Positions 1 through 9,170 of a DNA stretch of 10,952 nt are shown here, piece after piece. Within the stretch, counting starts at the first letter, position 1. The number at the start of each line of letters is the position of its first letter. The DNA is from Octopus sinensis (lineage: Eukaryota), in NCBI RefSeq assembly GCF_006345805.1, contig NW_021827186.1, positions 1-10,952 on the forward strand, in the 5' to 3' direction. The notes under the pieces are model-generated. The model did not search any database, was not told the DNA's origin, and saw nothing but the letters and a program-made list of their open reading frames with translations. The translations under genes and the position numbers were made by a program.

Positions 1-545
1 TATTCATGTATGAATGTTATGGTGTATGGTGTGAGAGAGTGCATATATATTTGTATGCATGTAAGTTATGTAAGTATATGTATAAGTTTGTATCTATGTG
101 TGTGTGAATACATATGTATTTGTATGTCTGTATACATGTATGTATATGTATATATTTATGTATGTATATACATATATATATATATAATATATAATATCAT
201 TATATACATTATATATATATATATATTACAACAGACACACATACACACACACACACACACACTATATATATATATATATATATATAATATAATATACAGA
301 TTTGCTATGTTGCTGTTATATGTACGAATATATAGCATATACATGTATATATATATATATACATAATATATATATATATATATCTTTATGTATAAACACA
401 CACATACCCACACATATGCGCTCATTTTGTTTCCTTTTCTACATACTACGTATACACACGCAATCCATCCACATAAATATATGTATGTGTACCAATAAGC
501 CTGTTCCGTATCTACGTGTATGTGTGTGTATATATTAATGTGTTT
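1..545. repeat. Degenerate compound (TA)n/(TG)n/(TATG)n/(CA)n microsatellite
   Basis: Alternating purine/pyrimidine low-complexity sequence seen directly; it produces the YI/YV/HT ORFs. Confidence 0.9.
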
Positions 546-1222
546 ATACATAATTTCTAAATAACTGATGGCTGCTTGAAATGTTGTTTTTTTTTGTTTT
601 GTAATTCTGATAACCATATATAATTATGCGTTATTTCACATATCTGCATATCACGTACCTCTACAGATATGCGTACATAGATATCTACCTACATTCCTAC
701 ATGCACACAGACACGCATACACATACGTATATGTTTGTATATATATGTATTAAGAGGAGCACAAATGGGGTTTAAAATTTACTACGGCCGTTTCGGTAGA
801 ATCATATAGATGTATTCATAGATTACATCGTAACATAAATCCACCTTCTTCAGATATAATTTTAAACTGGTTTAAAATCATAAACAGGGAAGATAAAATA
901 CTTGATGATGACCTATCGAACTAACAACATGGCAAATGAGTGATATTTTTATAAAAAAAGTAAATTCGAATTTATAGAAAAGTCAGCAGTATCACGGAAT
1001 TGTAAATTCCTCATGGTTTGTAGGTATATACGTATTCATGCATGTGTATATGTATATACGTACAGGCATAACTACGTAAGTTCCTATAAATATAAAAGCA
1101 TTAACAAAACATGTCCTTCGCATACATACACATAAACCCAAAGATATATGCTCAACCATTCATACATACATGTGTTTGTGCCTATATGTGTGTGTGTGCG
1201 CGCGTTCTTGCGTGTGTGTCAA

Positions 1223-1441
1223 GGCGCGTGGCCGAATGGTTAGGCTTTTGCAATCTTGATCATTAGACTGTGGGTTCGATTCCCTGACTGGGCTCTAGTC
1301 CCTCTTTCGATCAGGGATGGTTGCTGGCTTGCTCGCCTAGCCAGCGGTGTGGCGTCATTTGAAGGCTAAAATAATGCAAAAAGCGCATTGTAACCAGCGA
1401 TGTGTAACAGTATCGAATAACCTGATCGGTCACGTGATCAA

Positions 1442-1445
<4 letters not shown>
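1223..1445 (+). mobile_element. tRNA-derived SINE (family distinct from the other SINE pieces in the window)
   Basis: Pol III A-box TGGCCGAATGG (1229-1239) and B-box GGTTCGATTCC (1273-1283) at tRNA-like spacing. No closing acceptor stem. About 160 bp of non-tRNA body ends in (TA)n. Confidence 0.75.

Positions 1446-1477
<32 letters not shown>
1445..1477. repeat. (AT)n microsatellite at the SINE 3' end
   Basis: Perfect dinucleotide run. Confidence 0.95.
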
Positions 1478-1481
<4 letters not shown>

Positions 1482-1864
1482 CAGTGTACATTTAAACACT
1501 TAAGAGATGGCCATAACAGGACATCTGATTCGCTAGAAAGGGTAGTTAAACTCCAAACCACTATTATGGGTAATTTCAAAAGGGAATGAAAAATAAAAAC
1601 ATTTACCATCTATTTCCTGTACCATGCATGGATTCAAGCAATCTTTAGTAATTAAAATAATTTACATTGGCAAAGCTATTATAAGCAGGGAAGCCGAGAT
1701 TAACATATAAAAACGAAGCGATACAGAACGTGCCTCGTGTTTACATGTTATAATGTATCAAAATCCACCGCACACGCGCGGTTTTTTATCGACAGCAAAT
1801 ACAAAAAATGCCGGTATCAAAGAATATTTCTAAATTTTTTGCTACACTGAAATTTATTAATTAA

Positions 1865-1866
<2 letters not shown>

Positions 1867-1907
<41 letters not shown>

Positions 1908-1909
1908 AT
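1867..1909. repeat. (AT)n microsatellite
   Basis: Near-perfect dinucleotide run. Confidence 0.95.
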
Positions 1910-1990
1910 TCGTTTACAGAAAAACATAAATCCAGATAAGATGCACACTCTAAGATGTAGAGCACTTAATATCATAATTGAGGGGGGGGG

Positions 1991-2124
1991 TTACCCTGGG
2001 TTTTCCGTCCATAAGGGATGTGGCCTTACGGCGTATCGCCAGATCCCGTACCTGCTGGCCCTAGGTTTGGGGTCTGCTGATAAGCCGTAGGCCAAACCCA
2101 TTATGGACGGGAAACCCAGAGTAA
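1991..2124. mobile_element. GC-rich palindromic MITE-like element
   Basis: Arms 1991-2037 and 2079-2124 are reverse complements at about 40/47 positions, with a 41-nt spacer. No clear TSD; superfamily unassigned. Confidence 0.55.
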
Positions 2125-2141
2125 ACCACCGGCTTTCCCCA

Positions 2142-2144
<3 letters not shown>

Positions 2145-2196
<52 letters not shown>

Positions 2197-2229
2197 CGTT
2201 ATGTTTTTTCTGTTTGGATTAACTTATAT

Positions 2230-2278
<49 letters not shown>
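2145..2278. repeat. Two (TA)n microsatellites (2145-2194, 2232-2278)
   Basis: Perfect dinucleotide runs separated by 37 bp. Confidence 0.95.
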
Positions 2279-2284
<6 letters not shown>

Positions 2285-2289
2285 CTCAC

Positions 2290-2389
2290 CCATGCATGGT
2301 TGCTATCTGTTTCATGTAGACCAAATTCCAAAGGAAGAAACTCGTACTTTGTTAGAAACTGCCTCTTTCCCAATGGTGGAAATTTCAAA
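2290..2389 (-). CDS. Candidate internal coding exon of an unidentified gene (LKFPPLGKRQFLTKYEFLPLEFGLHETDSNHAW)
   Basis: Complex 100-nt island between microsatellites. Minus-strand acceptor ttctttgggtttttaAG, donor TGG|GTGAGT, one open frame. Peptide not recognised. Confidence 0.3.
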
Positions 2390-2405
2390 CTTAAAAACCC
2401 AAAGA

Positions 2406-2785
2406 ACATACATACATACATACATACATACACACACACATACATACACACACACAGACATACATAATACATACATACATGCACACATGCACACATACAT
2501 ACATACATACATACATACATACATGCACACATGCACACATACATACATACATACATACATACATGCATACATACATAATACATATATACATACATACATA
2601 CTTACACACACATACATACATACACACACACATGCATACATACATACATACATAATACATACATACATGCACACATACATACATACACACATGCATACAT
2701 ACATACATACATACATACATACATACATACATACATACATACATACACACATGCATACATACATACATACATACGTATGTATGTA
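2406..2785. repeat. Compound (TACA)n/(CA)n/(TGCA) microsatellite array
   Basis: About 380 bp of TACA units with recurring TGCACACA variants. Confidence 0.95.
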
Positions 2786-3450
2786 CGACCAACTAGTTGG
2801 GATTTGATTGTCGCATACTGTCACTTAGGCAACACCAATTGGACAGCAAAGAAATCAATGAATACCTTACATGCATACTCAGCAATGAAGGTAACACCAT
2901 CATAAGATCAGGCAAATATGTCCTGTAAAGTTATATTGATTTTATATTGTGTGTACTGATATATTTAGAGATGCGAGTGCGTAATACTAATCAGACCAGC
3001 AGAAAGTTATACATTGTTGCGTGCCTTGCAAGCCAGAGAATACTAACATTGATTGGAATAGTAGCCTCACCTGGACCTGTGATGAGTATACTATATCTGA
3101 TCTAGAGAGCTATGCCTTTCTCATCCTAGAGCGGCGGATATCTGCTAAATTCCCGATCAACAAAAGTGATTTGGATATCGACAAATCTCTACGTTGTGAT
3201 AGAAATTGTCCATTGTGCCATACCAGAATGGAAAGGATAACAGCTGTCCAAAATGATATTAACGACCATCCAAATATGTCCGCAAGATACTTCCTTTTCA
3301 TGAGATATGACACTGTCATTAATACCGGCTATTATGCTTATACACAGGAAAAAATATCCTGATAGTCATACTAAAAGCACGCCAGAATCAGAAAGTGTCT
3401 AGACCTTTTTAAGATAGAGAATACTGGTGGAAGATTCCGACAAAAGCAGT
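2786..3450 (+). mobile_element. Degenerate RLE-type non-LTR retrotransposon fragment (R4/Dong-like): post-RT region, zinc knuckle and RHD motif
   Basis: Across frameshifts it reads CRILSLRQHQL..IIRSGKY, then IDWNSSLTW..DLESYAFLILERRI..CDRNCPLCHTRME..MSARYFLFMRYDTV, then IHRKKYPD..DREYWWKIP. This matches the layout D..S..W / E.E.Y.FAIQ / CxxC..E..HI..CP / RYY..RHD.V / EYWW found upstream of the restriction-like endonuclease. Multiple stops and frameshifts. Confidence 0.75.
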
Positions 3451-3617
3451 AATGTTTTGTTTGCACAAGACGTGGTTAGAACAAATGTCATGCGCTGTTG
3501 TAGAGATCAGTCGTTAGATGGATGCAAATGTCGCATAAATCTCAATGGAAAACTGATGAGAACACGTTGTCATGACATTGGCAAAAATATTTTGCTTCAG
3601 TAAATTTGCACCGACGT

Positions 3618-3742
3618 TTTTCTGTTTTCTTCTTTGGAGATACCAAGTATTTCAAAGTTCCCCAGGCAAATGTGTTGTTATTTAGCTCAATGATTCTATC
3701 ATAAAAGGTACAAATATAGATTTATTGCCTGCATATCAATAA
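3618..3742 (+). repeat. 125-bp direct repeat, copy 1
   Basis: Identical to 4639-4763 except 2 substitutions (aagttCccCagg versus aagttTccAagg); offset 1021 bp. Confidence 0.95.
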
Positions 3743-4080
3743 ATTCCAAAGTAACATCAACGAAGAATCGACGCTTTTTCCTTTAAGTCAAGATCGCGCT
3801 TGAGGTTTTCGGCCTGATGCCTTGCTTGCTTTCTGCACATGTCCATTTATGCCTCTGCACATGCGTGTGCAGCAAATCAACTTGTATTCGTGTAGTTGGT
3901 GTGCGTGGTAAGTTCACACGTGACTGTGTGCTACGTTACAAATATTGTGTGTGCGCACGCGTGTTCTTCGAGTGTTTATATATGATTGCTTGCATTTAGC
4001 AACTTCAAATGGAAAATCCCCGAAATATTTTGCAAATGTCATTACACATCTTATTAACTACAGTAATCCCTCGCCGTATC

Positions 4081-4140
4081 GCGGTTCACCTATCGCGCAC
4101 TCATTACATCGCTATTCACCTATCGCGCGCTCAGTGCATC
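4081..4140 (+). repeat. 2 x 30-bp tandem repeat inside the Tigger-like left end
   Basis: gcggttcacctatcgcgcactcattacatc versus gctattcacctatcgcgcgctcagtgcatc, 25/30 identical. Confidence 0.85.
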
Positions 4141-4243
4141 GAGGATCTTTCTGGCTAATATATGTAAATTTTATATCGCGGACTCCTTAGTATATCGCGT
4201 GTTTCTGCGGCCCAAAGGTATCTATATTTTTTTTATATTTTAA

Positions 4244-4605
4244 CTTGCACTATGACCCGGCAACGCCGGGTCATAGTGCTAGTGCATACATATACAGCTG
4301 CGTGCGTGCGCACATACACGCGAGTACTGTCCAAATCTCCAACTAATCACATACATCTAGCTGGCATTCAATTGGCGTATCAAGTTTCGGGCATTTTGAT
4401 TGGGTCTTGGATAGAAAATTCATAAAAGAAGTCACTTCTATTGATTTTTTTAATGGCTTTGCGTGGTGACTGGCGAAATGTAAAGATGTGCACGACCACC
4501 CTTGGACGGTTTTGAATGACCATAGAAAGTGCGAGTCCTCTAACTGAAAAATTGTGGATTTGTATAAAGGACACACAGAGACATTTTTCCGTTTATATAT
4601 ATAGA
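4244..4605 (-). mobile_element. Non-autonomous Helitron (about 360 bp)
   Basis: The minus strand starts TCTATATATATAAACGG at 4605, a typical Helitron 5' TC end. The other end is a GC-rich hairpin, GCACTATGACCCGG-caacg-CCGGGTCATAGTGC (4247-4279), with CTAG|T on the plus strand. End orientation is ambiguous (see findings). Confidence 0.6.
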
Positions 4606-4638
4606 GGGATTATTGTATATTTGAAAAATACGAATCGG

Positions 4639-4763
4639 TTTTCTGTTTTCTTCTTTGGAGATACCAAGTATTTCAAAGTTTCCAAGGCAAATGTGTTGTT
4701 ATTTAGCTCAATGATTCTATCATAAAAGGTACAAATATAGATTTATTGCCTGCATATCAATAA
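4639..4763 (+). repeat. 125-bp direct repeat, copy 2
   Basis: 123/125 identical to 3618-3742; starts about 21 bp after the TA closing the Tigger-like element. Confidence 0.95.
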
Positions 4764-4838
4764 TAAACATCTTGAAGTTTGCAAAGAGAAAATAAATGAA
4801 TCCAAAGTAAAAAAAATAAAACTGACAGAATGATTTGG

Positions 4839-5010
4839 GACAGCCGGTTCTCCTTTGTTTGCGTCCCCCATAGCATAATGCCTCAGCAAAGGAGCCCTAT
4901 AATTATAAGCATCAAACTTGAAAGAACTAACGGGATTGATTTGTTCAACTAAAACCTTCCAAGGTGGTGCCCCAGCATGGCCACAGTCGAATGACGAAAA
5001 CAAATAAAAG
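4839..5010 (+). mobile_element. Old, diverged 3' half of the octopus-type SINE
   Basis: gatttgttcaactaaaaccttccaaggtggtgccccagcatggccacagtcgaatgac..aaacaaataaaag aligns with the copies at 6262-6499, 8940-9170 and 9798-10031. Confidence 0.75.
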
Positions 5011-5014
5011 TTAA

Positions 5015-5065
5015 CATATACATGCATACTTACAAATACACATACAAAATTGTATATACATACAT

Positions 5066-5110
<45 letters not shown>

Positions 5111-5247
5111 GTATGCATTGTGTGGATATATACTTATGTATGTATGTATATATAATACATATATATATATATATAAACATACATATATATGTATGCATGC
5201 ATATATATATGTATATATATACATACATACATATACATATATATATG

Positions 5248-5294
<47 letters not shown>
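5015..5294. repeat. Compound (TA)n/(TACA)n microsatellite
   Basis: Direct observation. Confidence 0.9.
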
Positions 5295-5296
<2 letters not shown>

Positions 5297-5471
5297 CATA
5301 TATTATTAACCAAGAATGCACATACTTCACGTGCGTTAGGTGGCCACCACATAGAATGTAAATGATTTCGAAATGATGTTGAAATATGTTTTTTACCCCT
5401 GACGTAGTAAAGTAAATAGCTTTGTGATTACAGCGTCTGTTCGTTAGATTACGACTGATAAGAGAACGCGT

Positions 5472-5697
5472 GGTGTGTGTGTGTGTGTGTGCATGTGTTT
5501 GTGTGTGTGTGTGCGAGTGTTTTTGTTTGTGTGTGTGTGCGAGTGTTTTTGTGTGTGCGTGTGTGATTTTGTGTATGCTTGTGTGTATATGTGTATGTAT
5601 GCGAATACATAAATATATAGATATGTATATATAGATACACACACACACATGCTTATGTCTTAATGTGTGTGCGCGTATATGTCTGTGTATGCATGTG

Positions 5698-5736
<39 letters not shown>

Positions 5737-5764
5737 ATGTGTGTCTGTGTGTGAGTGTGTGTTT
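5472..5764. repeat. Degenerate (TG)n microsatellite
   Basis: Direct observation. Confidence 0.9.
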
Positions 5765-6063
5765 GTCCGTTTCTATTTTTAAATATATCAAATCTTCCTG
5801 TAAGGAAGAAACTGGGTTCTGACAAAGATTCAAAGCTCCATCGTTGCAGTGTAGATAACTAAAAACGATGTTACATGCTAAACATGGGAAACGTTTTGCA
5901 TAACTATATTGTTCCGCTTACAGATTGTATTTGTAATGTGCGTGTCAGTTGCTTATCCAGATTTCTACTTGGGTATTTACTAACAAAATAAAGGTCACTT
6001 TTAATTGTTATTATAAAGAAGGATTATAATTTAGGTATCAAAGCTAGAGGTTTCAAACCAGTT

Positions 6064-6093
6064 GTGTATATTGTGTGTATATATATTTATATT

Positions 6094-6142
<49 letters not shown>

Positions 6143-6159
6143 ATATATATATATATATA

Positions 6160-6215
<56 letters not shown>

Positions 6216-6246
6216 GCATATATGCATATATGTATGTATGTATGTA
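6064..6246. repeat. (TA)n/(TATG)n microsatellite
   Basis: Direct observation; immediately 5' of a SINE 3' half. Confidence 0.95.
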
Positions 6247-6261
6247 TTAATGGTGCATGCA

Positions 6262-6499
6262 TTTGTGTCCGTGTTTGTTCCCCCAACACCGCTTGACGAC
6301 CGGTGTTGGTATGTTTACATCGCCGTAACTTAACGGTTCGGTAAAGAGGGCGATAGAATAAGCACTAGGCTTTAGAAAATGAAAACAAGTCTTGGAGTCG
6401 ATTTGTTCGACTAAAAACCATTCAAGGCGGTGCTCCAGCATGGCCGCAATCAAATTACTAAAACAAATAAAAGAAAAAAGAGAAAAGAATAAAAAAATA
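6262..6499 (+). mobile_element. 3' half of the octopus-type SINE with A-rich tail
   Basis: ccgcttgacgaccggtgttgg..gatagaataagcactagg..gtcgatttgttcgact..aaggcggtgctccagcatggccgc followed by an A-rich tail; homologous to other copies in the window. Confidence 0.85.
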
Positions 6500-6500
6500 C

Positions 6501-6530
6501 TATGTATATGCATGTATGTGTGTGCGTATA

Positions 6531-6572
<42 letters not shown>

Positions 6573-6696
6573 TATATATATATACATATATATATATATA
6601 CATATGTATATATATATACATATATATATTATATATATGTATATATAGTATATAATATATATATAAATATATACATATATATTGTATATAAATATG

Positions 6697-6740
<44 letters not shown>
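6501..6740. repeat. (TA)n/(TG)n compound microsatellite
   Basis: Direct observation. Confidence 0.95.
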
Positions 6741-6743
<3 letters not shown>

Positions 6744-6967
6744 GGAATCTAATACTCTTAGCTTAGTTTTTCTGGGGCTGGGCAGATTGGAGCAATCTCG
6801 AGTATATCGACCGAACTTGTGAAGACAATCTGGTACTTGACTGACGAAAGAAAACTTCGAATGACCCGTCCTTGGTTCCTTTGTATCGTCTATCTGAATA
6901 TTTTGTTACCTCATTTTGTAGCACCTAACTGTCCGGATTTTTTGCGTTCGTGTCCCATTTTTATTTT
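6741..6967 (+). mobile_element. Interspersed repeat fragment, probably the non-coding end of a retroelement; family uncertain
   Basis: Complex 227-bp island with (TA)n on both sides. It resembles a high-copy octopus repeat as I recall it; not verified. Confidence 0.4.
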
Positions 6968-7004
6968 TATATATATACATACATACATGTGTGTATGTGT
7001 GTGT

Positions 7005-7040
<36 letters not shown>
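6968..7040. repeat. (TA)/(TACA)/(TG)n microsatellite
   Basis: Direct observation. Confidence 0.9.
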
Positions 7041-7041
<1 letters not shown>

Positions 7042-7573
7042 AAGTGAGTAACAAATAGGTACAGTTGTCAATCCATTACAGCCGTTTCCAACGACTCCTT
7101 TATTTGAGAAAAGAAGCATTACGTCATTGTAAAGAAAACCGCTTTGGTCGGATGAATTCATGAGCTCCAAACAATAGGGACAATTCAACATATTTCACAT
7201 AGTTACAAATTCCCGGAGAATAAATATTATCTCGCTGCTTTATCACTACCCTATTTGCGAAGATAAAACCGTGGTATCGTTCTGTCACTTATGATAATTT
7301 AGTAGACTGAACTGATATTAATTAGTTTTCTCACCACTGACCAATAGACATAAACTACTTCCTAAATATATAAATCTAGTTAGACGGTAGGGGCCGGTCC
7401 TTCCTCCCTTGTTAGAAGTATAGACAACTGGGTCATTTGTGTCAATTACTTCTCCCTGTTATAAACTCTGCTAACCCCTTTGTTTTCTTTGTTCTGACCA
7501 AATATACACTATTTTGTTAAATTCTTTCGGCCAACTGAATAGTAACAGAATTAATGTAAATATTTTTGCTCCG

Positions 7574-7650
<77 letters not shown>

Positions 7651-7705
7651 TGAGAGAGAGACGAGAGAGAGAGAGAGAGATTGAGAGATAGACAGACAGG
7701 TAGGC

Positions 7706-7749
<44 letters not shown>

Positions 7750-7779
7750 TGATAGATAGATAGATAGATAGATAGATAG
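7574..7779. repeat. (GATA)n-(GA)n-(GATA)n compound microsatellite
   Basis: Direct observation. Confidence 0.95.
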
Positions 7780-7785
7780 GTACTG

Positions 7786-7811
7786 CCACCACCACAACCA
7801 CCACTATCACG

Positions 7812-7842
<31 letters not shown>

Positions 7843-8031
7843 CAAATATACATACACCACCACCACCACTACCACTGTCATCGTCATCATTATCATCGAC
7901 ATCATCAACCTCATCATCATCGTCGTCATCACCATTATCATCACTACCATACAATCATCACCACCACCGTCATCATCATCATCATCATCATCACCGTCAT
8001 CGTCGTCATCATCATCATCATCATCATCATC
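7786..8031. repeat. (CAC)n/(CAT)n/(CGT) trinucleotide mosaic
   Basis: Direct observation. Confidence 0.9.
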
Positions 8032-8579
8032 GTCTCGTCATTTCATTCCATTTCTTACAATTCTTCTCATGTGTCCCACTTTTATCCATTTGTCTTTATA
8101 TATTTAGTTTTGTACTTAACGTTTCTTGATGTTCGGTGGAAGTGAATTTTTTTTTTTACTTTATTTGTTGTTGTTGTTGGTAGATTTTGGCTGCTGTTTC
8201 GAAATAATCTAACAGCCAGGTAGAATCTCCTCCATTTTAACATTTGGTTGTTTCTGTATTATATTTTATTTTGTTTTCTTTTTTGTTAGTTTACTCGGAA
8301 TAAACAGTAAACAAAGTTGGAATGAAGTTAAGTATATCATCGTATGTTTATTTTCTGTTTCGGCTTGTCTATATTCTCGTTATTAACTTCGTATTCCTTA
8401 TGTTTTCTGGGTTAACTCCCTTGTTCTCTCGCTAACGATGCCAATGCAGAGAAACAGAGAGAGAGAACGGTGTAGAAGGGGTGGGGTGTAGTGTTTTGAG
8501 TTACCCCCTGTTCAGTTCTGATACCCTTGCAGAGATGCTTGCACATATTTTGCAAATGTAGCTCTGAATCATATGTGTA

Positions 8580-8598
8580 CATACAATATACAAAACAC

Positions 8599-8670
<72 letters not shown>

Positions 8671-8688
8671 TGTATGTATATACACACA

Positions 8689-8729
<41 letters not shown>

Positions 8730-8769
8730 TATAATAGATATATGTATATATATATTATACACACATATA

Positions 8770-8832
<63 letters not shown>

Positions 8833-8935
8833 TATATACATATATATATACATATATGCATATATATATACATACAATTACACATATGTATGTGAAGATA
8901 TGTATATGTATATGCATGTGCGTGTGTTTGTGTAC
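8580..8935. repeat. (TA)n compound microsatellite
   Basis: Direct observation. Confidence 0.95.
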
Positions 8936-8939
8936 ATAT

Positions 8940-9170
8940 TCTTTTATTCTCTTTAAAAGATTTTTTTATTGATTCAGTTATTTGACCGCGGCCATGCTGG
9001 AGCATCGCCTCGAACGGTTTAAGTCGAACAAATCGACCCCAGGACTTGTTTTTCAAGTCAAGTACTTATTCTATCGGTCTTTTACCGAACGAACCGCTAA
9101 GTCACGGGGACGCAAACACTAACACCAGTTGCCAAGCAGTGGAGGGGGACAAAAACAGACACAGACATAT
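8940..9170 (-). mobile_element. 3' half of the octopus-type SINE, reverse orientation
   Basis: gcggccatgctggagcatcgcct..gtcgaacaaatcgacccc..acttattctatcggtc is the reverse complement of the 6262-6499 copy. Confidence 0.85.

Larger units (their letters stand above)
4061..4615. mobile_element. Tc1/pogo (Tigger-like) non-autonomous DNA transposon shell
   Basis: TA (4059-4060) + CAGTAATCCCTC at the left, GAGGGATTATTG + TA (4616-4617) at the right: 11/12 TIR match with TA TSD. Repeated TATCGCG motifs lie inside the left end. Confidence 0.6.

Noticed and set aside
10-617. ORFs rich in YI/YV/CV/HT here and at 2201-2824, 5022-5650, 6031-6752 and 8412-9056
   Set aside because: They are translations of stop-free microsatellites, open on both strands and in several frames.
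848-924. Short open stretch IILNWFKIINREDKILDDDLSN after a TTCTTCAG acceptor-like site
   Set aside because: Too short, no recognisable homology and no other support.
1223-1295. tRNA gene (also 10360-10430)
   Set aside because: A and B boxes are present, but there is no complete cloverleaf, and both run into SINE bodies.
1762-1787. Short hairpin ACCGC-acac..GCGGT followed by a T run, resembling a rho-independent terminator
   Set aside because: The context is eukaryotic, the stem is only about 5 bp, and there is no upstream gene.
3021-3362. 113-aa ORF as an independent zinc-finger gene
   Set aside because: It starts at GTG, and similarity continues in other frames on both sides; it is part of a decayed LINE.
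3618-4763. LTR/TRIM retrotransposon or CRISPR-like array interpretation of the direct repeats
   Set aside because: No TG...CA ends, PBS, PPT or TSD were seen. There are only two long copies, no regular repeat-spacer pattern and no cas genes.
4743-5825. Longest ORF, 360 aa on the minus strand
   Set aside because: It runs through (TG)n and (TA)n tracts, a SINE fragment and part of the duplicated segment, with no domain-like sequence.
7341-7374. CCAAT + ACTTCCT + TATATAAA as a Pol II promoter
   Set aside because: These are short motifs in AT-rich DNA with tight CCAAT-TATA spacing, and no supported transcript lies downstream.
7471-7954. Poly-Asp/poly-Met/YLSI ORFs suggesting an acidic or repeat protein
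   Set aside because: They arise from (CAT)n, (GATA)n and (GA)n microsatellites.
4025-8559. 15-bp match ATATTTTGCAAATGT at 4025-4039 and 8545-8559
   Set aside because: It does not extend, and one such AT-rich match is plausible by chance in 11 kb.
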